This document shows positions 46,709-55,474 of a stretch of DNA of 64,000 nt, one piece after another. Position 1 is the stretch's first letter, and every line of letters begins with the position of its first letter. Source of the stretch: an uncultured Clostridia bacterium (GTDB lineage: Bacteria; Bacillota; Clostridia; Oscillospirales; Ruminococcaceae). The notes below the pieces were generated by a model. That model was not told the origin of the DNA, did no database searches, and saw nothing but the letters and a program-made list of their open reading frames with translations. The stretch covers positions 36,235 to 100,234 of the forward strand of contig CALXBD010000093.1 of assembly GCA_944386445.1 (NCBI GenBank), written 5' to 3'. Made by a program: the position numbers and the translations under genes.

Positions 46709-46776
46709 GTTCTATAAGTCTTTTCATTAACCTCCAGCTCAAGTGGGGGTTCTTGCCTTTTCAGCGCAACTTTTTA

Positions 46777-48036
46777 TTAACGGTTTTCCATTTCCTGAGC
46801 AGCCAACAGGATGCCCAGCTTGCCAGTATTGTAGGTAAGTCCTCCTTGCAGCCAGACCGAATACGGAGGCCGGACAGGGCCGTCTGCCGACAGTTCCAAG
46901 GATGCTCCCATGGTAAAGGTACCCGCAGCCATAATAACTGGGTCTGCATATCCGGGCATAGCCCACGGCTCGGGAGTTACGTGGGAATCGACAGGCGAAC
47001 CTTTCTGGATTCCGCGACAGAAAGCACAGAGCTTTTCCGCACTGCCCAGCTCGATGGCAGCGATGATATCCGTCCGGGGAGCATCATACCGGGGATTGGC
47101 CCGATATCCCAGTATCTCCAGAAAAGCTGCGGCAAAGCAGGAGGTTTTCACAGCCGAAGCTACTGCTGACGGCGCATGAAAGAGTCCCAGATAAAGCCCT
47201 CGGTTCTGGTCCAGCGTACAGCCTGCCTCCCGGCCGATTCCGGGACAAGTCAGACGATATGCGCACAGCTCTACCAAATCCTTTCGGCCGGCAATATATC
47301 CGCCGGTAGGCGCGATGCCCCCACCAGGATTCTTAATCAGAGAACCGGCCATCAGGTCCGCTCCGACACTGACCGGCTCCGATTTTTCCACGAATTCCCC
47401 GTAGCAGTTGTCCACAAAGACGATGGTATCCGGATTTCCGCGCTTGGCAGCCTGCGCAATCCGTCCGATGGTTTTCACACACAGGGAAGGCCGCAGGGAA
47501 TATCCCCGAGACCGCTGAATGTAAATCATTTTTGCTGTTTTGGCTGCTTCTTCAATGGCCGGATAATCCGGCTCGCCGTTATCCAGCAGCTCCACCTGAC
47601 GGTAGGAAATCCCGAACTCACGCAAGGACCCCGTTTTTTCCCCACGGATTCCGATAACCTCCTCCATGGTGTCATAGGGTGCCCCGGTCACGGAGACCAC
47701 TGTATCCCCCGCACGCAAAACGCCGAAAAACGCCACTGTCAGCGTATGGGTTCCCGAAACAAAATTGTGTCGGACCAACGCGTCCTCCGCACCCATTGCT
47801 TGGGCAAACACCGCGTCCAGGGTATCTCTTCCGATATCATCATAGCCATAACCGGTAGTTCCCACCAAATGGGCAGCTGACACTCGATGGTCTGTAAACG
47901 CCTTCAGGACCTTGGCCTCATTATAGGCTGCAATGTCTTCAATTCGCCGGAACACTTCCCGGCACTTTTCCTCGGCCTGTTCCGCCGCGGCAAGCAGTTT
48001 CGGGCTAAATGAATAAAGCCCGCTGTAATCTGTCAT
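46777..48036 (-). CDS. PLP-dependent YnbB / aluminium-resistance family protein (Cys/Met metabolism fold)
   Basis: The YnbB-like N-terminus FSPKLLAAAEQAEEKCREVFRRIEDIAAYNEAKVLKAF...TGYGYDDIGRD is characteristic of this family. Confidence 0.82.
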   Translation of the reverse strand: MTDYSGLYSFSPKLLAAAEQAEEKCREVFRRIEDIAAYNEAKVLKAFTDHRVSAAHLVGTTGYGYDDIGRDTLDAVFAQAMGAEDALVRHNFVSGTHTLTVAFFGVLRAGDTVVSVTGAPYDTMEEVIGIRGEKTGSLREFGISYRQVELLDNGEPDYPAIEEAAKTAKMIYIQRSRGYSLRPSLCVKTIGRIAQAAKRGNPDTIVFVDNCYGEFVEKSEPVSVGADLMAGSLIKNPGGGIAPTGGYIAGRKDLVELCAYRLTCPGIGREAGCTLDQNRGLYLGLFHAPSAVASAVKTSCFAAAFLEILGYRANPRYDAPRTDIIAAIELGSAEKLCAFCRGIQKGSPVDSHVTPEPWAMPGYADPVIMAAGTFTMGASLELSADGPVRPPYSVWLQGGLTYNTGKLGILLAAQEMENR

Positions 48037-48075
48037 TAGGTATTCCCTTCCAACTATAAATTCAAACTTTTCCGG

Positions 48076-49101
48076 TCATTCGGCCAATTTTGCCAGTAAC
48101 GCACGGGTCAGATCCCGTACAGCCAGCAAATCGCTTTCCTTGACGACGCAAAACGGGGAGTGCAAGTACCGGCAGGGCGCGGAAATGGCAATGGTCTTGA
48201 TACCACCGGCAGTTTTGTGGATCACACCGGCGTTATTTCCGCCGGCCACCATGGTTTTCCCCTGGACCGGTATATTTTGTTCCCTGCCAATTTCATGGCA
48301 AAGGCGGTACAATTCCTTGGGATAGATGGTTCCTTTATCCATGAAGCCTACAACAGCTCCTTTTCCCAGGCAGCAGACCGTTTTCGGCTCACTGACACCG
48401 GCCAAATCGGCGGCTGTAGTGGATTCCAGAGCAATAGCGTAATCCGGGGCAATGGAGTATGCAGAGCCCGCGGCTCCCCGACACCCCACTTCCTCCTGGA
48501 CGCTGAAGCTGAACCAACAGTCACAGGGCAATTCCGAACGGATCAAATCCACCATGACCGCGCAGCCAAACCGGTCGTCGATGGCTTTCCCTTTCAGGTA
48601 GCCATTGCCGAAGGTGCCAAATCCTGCCGGGAAACAGACTTCGTCGCCGGGATCCACCAGCGCCATAGCCTCCTCTTTGGTGCTGCAGCCGATATCAATA
48701 TAGAGCTTGTCTACAGGAGCCGCTGTTTTCCGCTCCTCCTCCGACTGCATGTGGACAGCCTTGGTGCCGATGACGCCGGGAATGCGGTTTTCGCCTACCA
48801 CAACCTGCCGGCCCAGAACCACCCGGGCATCCACGCCGCCGACCGTCGTAAAGCATAGTCTTCCATCGGAAGCAAAGCCGGTCACGATCATGCCGACTTC
48901 GTCCATGTGGGCATCGATCATAATCTTTTTGGCAGGTGTTTTGGCGCCTTTTTTGAACGCGATCACGTTACCCATGTTGTCGACCCGGTACTCATCGACA
49001 TAATCTTCGATCATCTCGATAATCCGGCTGGCCACCGCGCTTTCATTGCCGGAAATGCCGTACTCATCGCAAAGCGTCTGCAGAATATTTAAGAATTCCA
49101 T
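48076..49101 (-). CDS. M42 family metallopeptidase (YsdC/FrvX-like)
   Basis: Metal-ligand contexts HMDEVG, IDDRFGC and SVQEEVGCRGA. ATG 49101 follows GAGGAGGGA. Confidence 0.9.
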   Translation of the reverse strand: MEFLNILQTLCDEYGISGNESAVASRIIEMIEDYVDEYRVDNMGNVIAFKKGAKTPAKKIMIDAHMDEVGMIVTGFASDGRLCFTTVGGVDARVVLGRQVVVGENRIPGVIGTKAVHMQSEEERKTAAPVDKLYIDIGCSTKEEAMALVDPGDEVCFPAGFGTFGNGYLKGKAIDDRFGCAVMVDLIRSELPCDCWFSFSVQEEVGCRGAAGSAYSIAPDYAIALESTTAADLAGVSEPKTVCCLGKGAVVGFMDKGTIYPKELYRLCHEIGREQNIPVQGKTMVAGGNNAGVIHKTAGGIKTIAISAPCRYLHSPFCVVKESDLLAVRDLTRALLAKLAE

Positions 49102-49114
49102 TCTTTGTCCCTCC

Positions 49115-50140
49115 TCAACCCTCATATTGCAGGATATATTTTGCCATCAGTTCCCCTACGGCGTCCACATCGGACACCTGGATGACTTCCACAGGGGTAT
49201 GCATATACCTGAGAGGAACAGACAAAAGGGCTGTCCGCACGCCGCCTGCTGCCACGGAAATATGGTCCGCGTTGGTGGAGGTACGGCCGCCCATGACCTC
49301 TACCTGCCAGGGGATGCCGCTTGTTTTGGCAATATCCAGCAGTTCATCAAACATTCCTCGGTTGAGGATGGGACTGCTTCCGATCATGGGGCCTTCCCCC
49401 ATTTTGCCGCACTTGACTTCGTCGGCATCCGCGGTCAGGGCAAAGCTGACATCCACGGCAATAGCCGCATCCGGATGGATCCGGAACGCAGTCGTGGCGG
49501 CTCCCATGCCGCCGGTTTCCTCCTGAGAGGAGAACACCACTGTCAAAGAACAGGGAAGCTTTTTCCCTTTCAGCAGCTCCAAAGTATGCAATATAGAGGC
49601 GGCTCCAGCCCGGTCATCCAGGGAACGGGAAGTGATCCGTCCGTTTTCCAGCTGGGCAAAAGAGCTGACATATGTAACCCGGTCGCCGGGCGCCACCCAT
49701 TGAAGCAGCTCTTCTTTGGTATAGCCGGTATCAATGGCGATGTCTTCAATATCCACCACCTTCTTGGCCTCATCGCCGGAAGTCAGATGGGGCGGCTTTG
49801 TGCCCACAATGCCGGGAACCGGACGGGTGCCATGGATCACTACTTCCTGAGCCAGCAGAAGCCTGCGGTCTACGCCGCCGCAGGGTGCCACACGAATAAA
49901 GCCTTCCTCAGTAATGTGGGTGACGATCATGCCGATCTGGTCAATATGAGCGTCCAGAAGAAGGCGCGGTGCGCCTTCCCCTGCATCATAAACGTTAGCG
50001 ATTACACTTCCGAACGGGTCGACCGTCACATCATCGGTATAGGCCCGAAGCAACTCAGCAGCTGCTTCACAGGCGGAGCCTTCCTCACCGGAAACGCCGT
50101 CGGCATCGCACAGACGGCGAAGGATTTCCAGAGTTGTCAT
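49115..50140 (-). CDS. M42 family metallopeptidase (paralogue)
   Basis: HIDQIG, LDDRAGAA and SSQEETGGMGA. Arranged in tandem with the preceding M42 gene. Confidence 0.9.
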   Translation of the reverse strand: MTTLEILRRLCDADGVSGEEGSACEAAAELLRAYTDDVTVDPFGSVIANVYDAGEGAPRLLLDAHIDQIGMIVTHITEEGFIRVAPCGGVDRRLLLAQEVVIHGTRPVPGIVGTKPPHLTSGDEAKKVVDIEDIAIDTGYTKEELLQWVAPGDRVTYVSSFAQLENGRITSRSLDDRAGAASILHTLELLKGKKLPCSLTVVFSSQEETGGMGAATTAFRIHPDAAIAVDVSFALTADADEVKCGKMGEGPMIGSSPILNRGMFDELLDIAKTSGIPWQVEVMGGRTSTNADHISVAAGGVRTALLSVPLRYMHTPVEVIQVSDVDAVGELMAKYILQYEG

Positions 50141-50155
50141 AAAAATTTCTCTCCT

Positions 50156-51550
50156 TTATTTTAAACTGTTGACGATAGATTTAAAATGATGCCCGCGAGC
50201 CTCGAAATTCGGATACTTATCAAAGCTGGCGCTGGCGGGAGACAGGCTGACAATATCCCCCGGAACAGCTAAGCTCCGGGCCTTTGCAACCGCTTCTTCC
50301 ATATTGTCAGCATGCTCAATAATCAGTCCGGAACCTTCAAAGCCCTCACAGGCCCGCACCGCAGCCTCAATTTTCGGCCCAGTTGCCCCCATCAAGACCA
50401 ACACTTTGACCTTCTCGATAATTTTAGGGGCCAGCGGCTCGTAAGGAATTTTTTTATCGTATCCGCCGGCAATGATGATGATTTTCTGCCCAAAAGAATC
50501 CAGACCGGCAATGGTACGAGTGGGACTGGTGGCGATGGAATCATTATACCAGGTGACGCCGTCCAGTTCCCGGACCCGCTCGATGCGATGTTCCACTCCG
50601 CCAAAGGTTTTGGCGATGGAAATGATCTGCTCCGGATCCACCTCGCCCTCCAATGCGGCTATGGCGGCCAGATAATTTTCGACATTATGCATTCCGGGCA
50701 GGAGGATCTCTTCCTTTTTCAGCAGTGGGATTTTTTTGCCATGGCGCACCGCATATAACATCCCGTCCTCGCCAAGGAAAGCACCGTTTTCCGGGACCTC
50801 CCGACGGCTGAACCAGGAAAGTTCCCCACGGACTTCGGGGGCGAAGGACCGGGTAATCTCGTTGTCAAGATTCAGCACCGTTCGGGAAAAGGCTCCCTGA
50901 TGGCGGTAAAGGTTCTTCTTGCTGTCGATATATTCCTGCATATCCTTGTGGACATCCAGATGGTTGGGGGCGACGTTGGTAATCACCGCCACATCCGGGG
51001 AACGGCGCATGGAGATGAGCTGAAAGCTGGAAAGCTCTACCACAGCCGCATCCTCTTCCCGGATTTCCTCGATTTCCGGCAGCAAGGCTTTGCCGATATT
51101 TCCGCCCAGCCAGACACGCTTTCCCTGGGCCTCCAGCATTTTGGAGATCAGGGTCGTTGTGGTGGTTTTGCCGTCCGAGCCGGTAACTGCATAGATTTTG
51201 CAGGGGCAAAGGTCAAAAAAACATTCCATTTCGCTGGTAACGACTTTTCCCTTTTTACGAGCCTCGCTGAGGGCCGGAGAATTAAAATACATTCCCGGTG
51301 TGCGGAAGATGACATCGGCATCATCCAGCGCTTCCAAATAGCCGTCTCCCAACCGGAAGCGGGCTCCCTTTTCCAACAGCCGGGAGTAGGTTTCTCCCAT
51401 CTGCTCTGCGGAACGACGGTCACAAACCGTAACCCGGATCCCTTTTTCCAAAAATTTTTCAATCAGCCTTGTGTGGCTGACACCAACTCCAATAAAAACG
51501 ACCTGCTTTCTGCGCAGATCGTCAAAAAAGCGGGAAGTTGAAACAGGCAT
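50156..51550 (-). CDS. murD: UDP-N-acetylmuramoylalanine--D-glutamate ligase
   Basis: MurD-type Rossmann N-terminus (VVFIGVGVSH) and P-loop GSDGKTTTTTL. ATG 51550 follows GGAGAGAGAGG. Confidence 0.92.
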   Translation of the reverse strand: MPVSTSRFFDDLRRKQVVFIGVGVSHTRLIEKFLEKGIRVTVCDRRSAEQMGETYSRLLEKGARFRLGDGYLEALDDADVIFRTPGMYFNSPALSEARKKGKVVTSEMECFFDLCPCKIYAVTGSDGKTTTTTLISKMLEAQGKRVWLGGNIGKALLPEIEEIREEDAAVVELSSFQLISMRRSPDVAVITNVAPNHLDVHKDMQEYIDSKKNLYRHQGAFSRTVLNLDNEITRSFAPEVRGELSWFSRREVPENGAFLGEDGMLYAVRHGKKIPLLKKEEILLPGMHNVENYLAAIAALEGEVDPEQIISIAKTFGGVEHRIERVRELDGVTWYNDSIATSPTRTIAGLDSFGQKIIIIAGGYDKKIPYEPLAPKIIEKVKVLVLMGATGPKIEAAVRACEGFEGSGLIIEHADNMEEAVAKARSLAVPGDIVSLSPASASFDKYPNFEARGHHFKSIVNSLK

Positions 51551-51641
51551 TCCTCTCTCTCCTTTAAATAGCAAATTCTGGGCATACTACATTTAGTATA
51601 CTTCTTCCCACCAAGATTATCAAGGGGAAAAAGGGCGGTTT

Positions 51642-51920
51642 TCAAAAGTATCTCTGCCACACGATCCAACCAGTCAGCAGCAGCCAGAGTACCGAAAACA
51701 ACGGGATCAAAATTTGAAAGGACCGATGCTTCGTCTTATGCCGGAACAGCATCATTCCAATCAAAAATCCCCATGCTCCGCCTAATCCCGAAACCCCAAA
51801 AAGTGTCCTTTCCGGTATGCGCCAACGGTTTCGACGGGCTTTCAACTTATCTGCTCCGCAGAGAGAAAAGGCAAGCAGATTCATACATGCCAAATACCAG
51901 CCATAAACAGTATACAACAA
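51642..51920 (-). CDS. DUF1294 family small membrane protein
   Basis: The pattern GADKLKARRNRWRIPERTLF...GGAWGFLIGMMLFRHKTKH is typical of DUF1294. TTG start after AGAGGAGAAAG. Confidence 0.7.
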   Translation of the reverse strand: MLYTVYGWYLACMNLLAFSLCGADKLKARRNRWRIPERTLFGVSGLGGAWGFLIGMMLFRHKTKHRSFQILIPLFSVLWLLLTGWIVWQRYF

Positions 51921-52010
51921 GTTTCTTTCTCCTCTCTTCGCTGCAATCCCAGCGGCTTCCTTATTGTAACATAATTTTGCATTTGAGGAAAGTTATTCAA
52001 AATTATTTTC

Positions 52011-52039
52011 TTGTATTTCTATATAGAGAATAGTATAAT
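52011..52039 (+). promoter_or_regulatory. Sigma-70-type promoter for the ATP-grasp/racemase operon
   Basis: TTGTAT-N17-TATAAT. A 7-bp hairpin, tccggca-gtccat-tgccgga (52061-52080), lies in the predicted leader. Confidence 0.55.
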
Positions 52040-52112
52040 TAGAATATGTAAGTCTGTCTATCCGGCAGTCCATTGCCGGATTTTCCCATATATTCCGGAA
52101 AGGAAGTTTGTT

Positions 52113-53345
52113 ATGAGTCAAAATCCCGATTTTATTCCGGTCCTTCTGGGCAGCGATGTCAATGTCTATGGCATGGCCCGCTCCTTTCATGAGGCCTTCG
52201 GTATTCCTTCTGTGGCGATCGGCAAAGGCCGCCTGACTGCCACTGCTGACAGCAAAATCGTTACTGTTGAGGTGGAAGAACCCAACCTGGAAGATGATGA
52301 AGTATTTCGGAATACCCTGATCCAATTTGCCGGCCGCTATCCGAAAGAGCAAATTCTCCTTCTGGTTCCCTGCGGCGATAACTACATTAAGCTCCTTGCG
52401 AGAAATCAGGACGCTCTCCGGCCTTATTACCGGTTCAACTGCATCGATGCGGATTTGCTGATGCGGCTTTCCATCAAAGAAAGCTTTTACCAGGTCTGCA
52501 CCGAACATGGATTTGTGTTTCCGAAAACCACTACCTGCTCTGTGGAGAATTATAAAGATATTACGTTGCCCTTTGATTTCCCGGTGATTATTAAGCCTTC
52601 CAACTCGGTGGCCTATTGGAATTGCAAATTCCAATATAAAAAGAAGGTGTTCGTCGCCAACAACAAAGAGGAATTTGATGCGATTCTCAAGGCAATTTAC
52701 AGTTCTTCCTATCAGGACCATTTGATCCTTCAGGAATACATTCCCGGCGAGGACGCTCAGATGCGGGTCCTCAACGCTTACTGCGGCAGAGATGGAAAGG
52801 TGAAACTGATTTCTTTGGGACATGCCCTTTTGGAAGAACATTCTCCGGAGGGGATCGGCAGCTATGCGGCGATCATCAGCGACCGGGACGATGAGCTGAA
52901 TCGGAAGATGATTACCTTTCTGGAGGGAATCGGATATAAAGGGTTTGCTAATTTCGATATTAAACTGGATCCCCGGGACGGTCAATACAAACTCTTTGAA
53001 ATGAATCTGCGGCAGGGGCGGTCCAGCTTTTTTGTCACGGCTGCCGGATATAACTTAGCAAAATGGCTGGCGGACGATGTGGTTTACGAAAAGGATATGG
53101 AACTGACCGTTGCGGACAACCAGGTCCTTTGGACGATCATCCCTAAAAAAATCATTATGACCTATGTTAAAGATGAAGCCTTGAAGGCAGAAGTCAGGCG
53201 GTTATATAAGGAAGGCAAGGTCTGCCGCTCCCTTCTCTACAAGCCGGATATGAACCCTCGCCGGTGGATGCGGTATTTCCGGAATCAGCTGCATTACTTC
53301 CAGAAATACAAAAAATACTTCGGAAACAAAGGATTGCATGATTGA
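52113..53345 (+). CDS. ATP-grasp ligase resembling D-aspartate ligase (Asl-type peptidoglycan cross-bridge enzyme)
   Basis: FIPVLLGSDVNVYGMARSFHEAFG, MRVLNAY and GFANFDIKLDPRDGQYKLFEMNLRQGRSSFFVT closely resemble the Enterococcus faecium Aslfm family as I remember it. Followed directly by an Asp racemase gene. Confidence 0.72.
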   Translation: MSQNPDFIPVLLGSDVNVYGMARSFHEAFGIPSVAIGKGRLTATADSKIVTVEVEEPNLEDDEVFRNTLIQFAGRYPKEQILLLVPCGDNYIKLLARNQDALRPYYRFNCIDADLLMRLSIKESFYQVCTEHGFVFPKTTTCSVENYKDITLPFDFPVIIKPSNSVAYWNCKFQYKKKVFVANNKEEFDAILKAIYSSSYQDHLILQEYIPGEDAQMRVLNAYCGRDGKVKLISLGHALLEEHSPEGIGSYAAIISDRDDELNRKMITFLEGIGYKGFANFDIKLDPRDGQYKLFEMNLRQGRSSFFVTAAGYNLAKWLADDVVYEKDMELTVADNQVLWTIIPKKIIMTYVKDEALKAEVRRLYKEGKVCRSLLYKPDMNPRRWMRYFRNQLHYFQKYKKYFGNKGLHD

Positions 53346-54064
53346 TGAAACGCTTAGGAGTCATCGGCGGATTGGGCCCTATGGCATCCGCCTATTTTCT
53401 GGAACTGCTGGTACAGATGACGGATGCTTCCACCGATCAGGAGCATCTGGATGTGATTCTGCTTTGCCGTCCCACGATTCCCGACCGGACTGCCGCAATT
53501 CTGGATCCCTCCCGGGAAAGCCCGGTTCCTATGATGCGGGAGGCCGCAAGGGAACTGGAACGCATTGGGGCTTGCTGCATTGCGGTGCCCTGTATTACTT
53601 CCCATCACTTTTTTGAAGAGCTGCAGCCGGCAGTTTCGATCCCTTTCCTGCATCTGGTGCGGGAAACGGTATCCCATCTGCGGGAGCAAGGGGTAAAAAA
53701 GGCGGGAATTTTGGCGACTACCGGCACCATCCGGACCCGTCTTTTTCAGGATGAGCTGGAACGTCAGGGGCTTTCTTATGTGATCCCAGACGAGGCCGGC
53801 CAGGAAAAGGTCATGCACCTGATTTATAAAAACGTAAAAGCGGGGCTGCGGCCGGAACTGCCACTATTTGAAGAAGTTTCAACCGGGCTGCGGAAACAGG
53901 GCGCAGAATGTGCAATTCTGGGTTGTACGGAATTATCCCTTATTAAGCGGGATTACCCGTTGGGACCGGGATATCTGGATGCGCTGGAGGTTTTAGCCAA
54001 GGCGTCTATCGAATTCTGCGAGAAACCGCTGAAGCCTGATTTTCAAAATCTGATTACTAGATAA
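53345..54064 (+). CDS. Aspartate/amino-acid racemase (Asp/Glu/hydantoin racemase family)
   Basis: GGLGPMAS N-terminus and two catalytic Cys contexts (AVPCITSH, LGCTELS). Its ATG overlaps the ligase TGA (TGATG). Confidence 0.87.
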   Translation: MKRLGVIGGLGPMASAYFLELLVQMTDASTDQEHLDVILLCRPTIPDRTAAILDPSRESPVPMMREAARELERIGACCIAVPCITSHHFFEELQPAVSIPFLHLVRETVSHLREQGVKKAGILATTGTIRTRLFQDELERQGLSYVIPDEAGQEKVMHLIYKNVKAGLRPELPLFEEVSTGLRKQGAECAILGCTELSLIKRDYPLGPGYLDALEVLAKASIEFCEKPLKPDFQNLITR

Positions 54065-54091
54065 CTGTCTCAGACAGAAAAGAGGATTTGC

Positions 54092-54769
54092 ATGACAGAC
54101 CATAGTCAATATATTAGGAAAAATTTATTAGATAAGTTTGAGTTCCACAACTATGGACATGCCTTGGAAATCTTGAATGAAGCGTTCCCAATAGAATGGC
54201 AGGAAATACAGGATTGCTTAGAACAGCTTACTATTTCTCTGAATGACATCAAAGCGGCCGGCGGTAATGAAACAGCGATTCCTAAAAAGTTTGATGATGT
54301 TCTGTATCCGTTGGGATGGCGAGAGATTCGGATTACAGGAGACTTGATTGTTAAACTGTTTCCAAGAAGGGCAAACCAGCGAGGACGTTTTTCAGATGAA
54401 CCTTTTGATGAAAAAATATTAGAAGGTTATATTGATGGGCATAATATCGATTTTATTAAAGATAAAGTTGCATTTGATTTGGAATGGAACAGTAAGGACC
54501 AAACCTTTGATCGTGACCTGCTTGCTATGAGGACTTATTTTGACTGTGGCTTAATTGAGGTTGGAATAATTGTGACACGATCCAAAGAACTAAATGATAT
54601 ATTTAGAGAAGTCACTGATCAGTATGGGAAGCCACTTTTACAAAAATACGGCGCAAGCACCACTTGGATGGGAAAACTTGAATACAGGCTCAAAAGCCGT
54701 AGGAATGGCGGATGTCCAATTTTAGCAGTTGGAATCAGAAAGCCTTGTGTTGAGGGGTATGAAACATGA
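54092..54769 (+). CDS. Type II restriction endonuclease, BamHI/BglII/BstYI-like fold
   Basis: HNYGHALEILNEAFPIEWQEIQ N-terminus. Catalytic-core-like IDFIKDKVAFDLEWNSKD (D...D/ExE) followed by GLIEVGIIVTRSKEL. Low GC. There is a 4-nt ATGA overlap with the methyltransferase gene. Confidence 0.68.
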   Translation: MTDHSQYIRKNLLDKFEFHNYGHALEILNEAFPIEWQEIQDCLEQLTISLNDIKAAGGNETAIPKKFDDVLYPLGWREIRITGDLIVKLFPRRANQRGRFSDEPFDEKILEGYIDGHNIDFIKDKVAFDLEWNSKDQTFDRDLLAMRTYFDCGLIEVGIIVTRSKELNDIFREVTDQYGKPLLQKYGASTTWMGKLEYRLKSRRNGGCPILAVGIRKPCVEGYET

Positions 54770-55401
54770 GTAATATAGAACAAACAATACAAGATTTTCG
54801 CGGTTATACCGCCGGAAAGAAATATAAGACAATCTATGCAGATCCACCCTGGCAATTTCAAAACAGGACGGGAAAAGTCGCACCTGAACATAAAAGGCTG
54901 AATCGATACGGTACAATGCCTTTGGAAGAGATTAAGCTATTGCCCATTGCAGAAGTGGCTGATGATAAAAGTCATTTATATTTATGGGTTCCCAATGCAT
55001 TATTACCAGAGGGATTGGAAGTAATGAAAGCATGGGGCTTTGAATATAAAACTAATATTATCTGGGAAAAGGTTCGGAAAGATGGAATGCCGGATGGCAG
55101 AGGAGTGGGCTTTTATTTTCGAAATGTAACAGAGATTCTTTTATTTGGAATCAGAGGGAATAATAATCGTACTCTTAATGCGGGAAGATCTCAGGTAAAT
55201 CTGATACGCTCCATAAAACGAGAACATTCAAGAAAACCAGATGAATTTATTTCGCTAATTGAAAGCTGCTCTTCTGCCCCCTATTTGGAACTATTTGCTC
55301 GCGGAAACAGAAAAGGCTGGGATATGTGGGGAAACCAAGCTACAGATGACTATGAACCAACATGGCATACTTATGCCAACCATACTGTCGCGACTAAATA
55401 A
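54766..55401 (+). CDS. MT-A70 family DNA methyltransferase (DPPW; N6-adenine or N4-cytosine)
   Basis: Catalytic motif IYADPPWQF and MT-A70 core (HLYLWVPNALLPEGLEVMKAWGFEYKTNIIWEK ... EILLFGIRGN ... HSRKPDEF). Confidence 0.88.
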   Translation: MSNIEQTIQDFRGYTAGKKYKTIYADPPWQFQNRTGKVAPEHKRLNRYGTMPLEEIKLLPIAEVADDKSHLYLWVPNALLPEGLEVMKAWGFEYKTNIIWEKVRKDGMPDGRGVGFYFRNVTEILLFGIRGNNNRTLNAGRSQVNLIRSIKREHSRKPDEFISLIESCSSAPYLELFARGNRKGWDMWGNQATDDYEPTWHTYANHTVATK

Positions 55402-55474
55402 ACTAATAATATGCAATAGGACTATAAAACAAGAAATACTCAGCCGGTTTATCCGGTGAAAGGATCTGATATAC

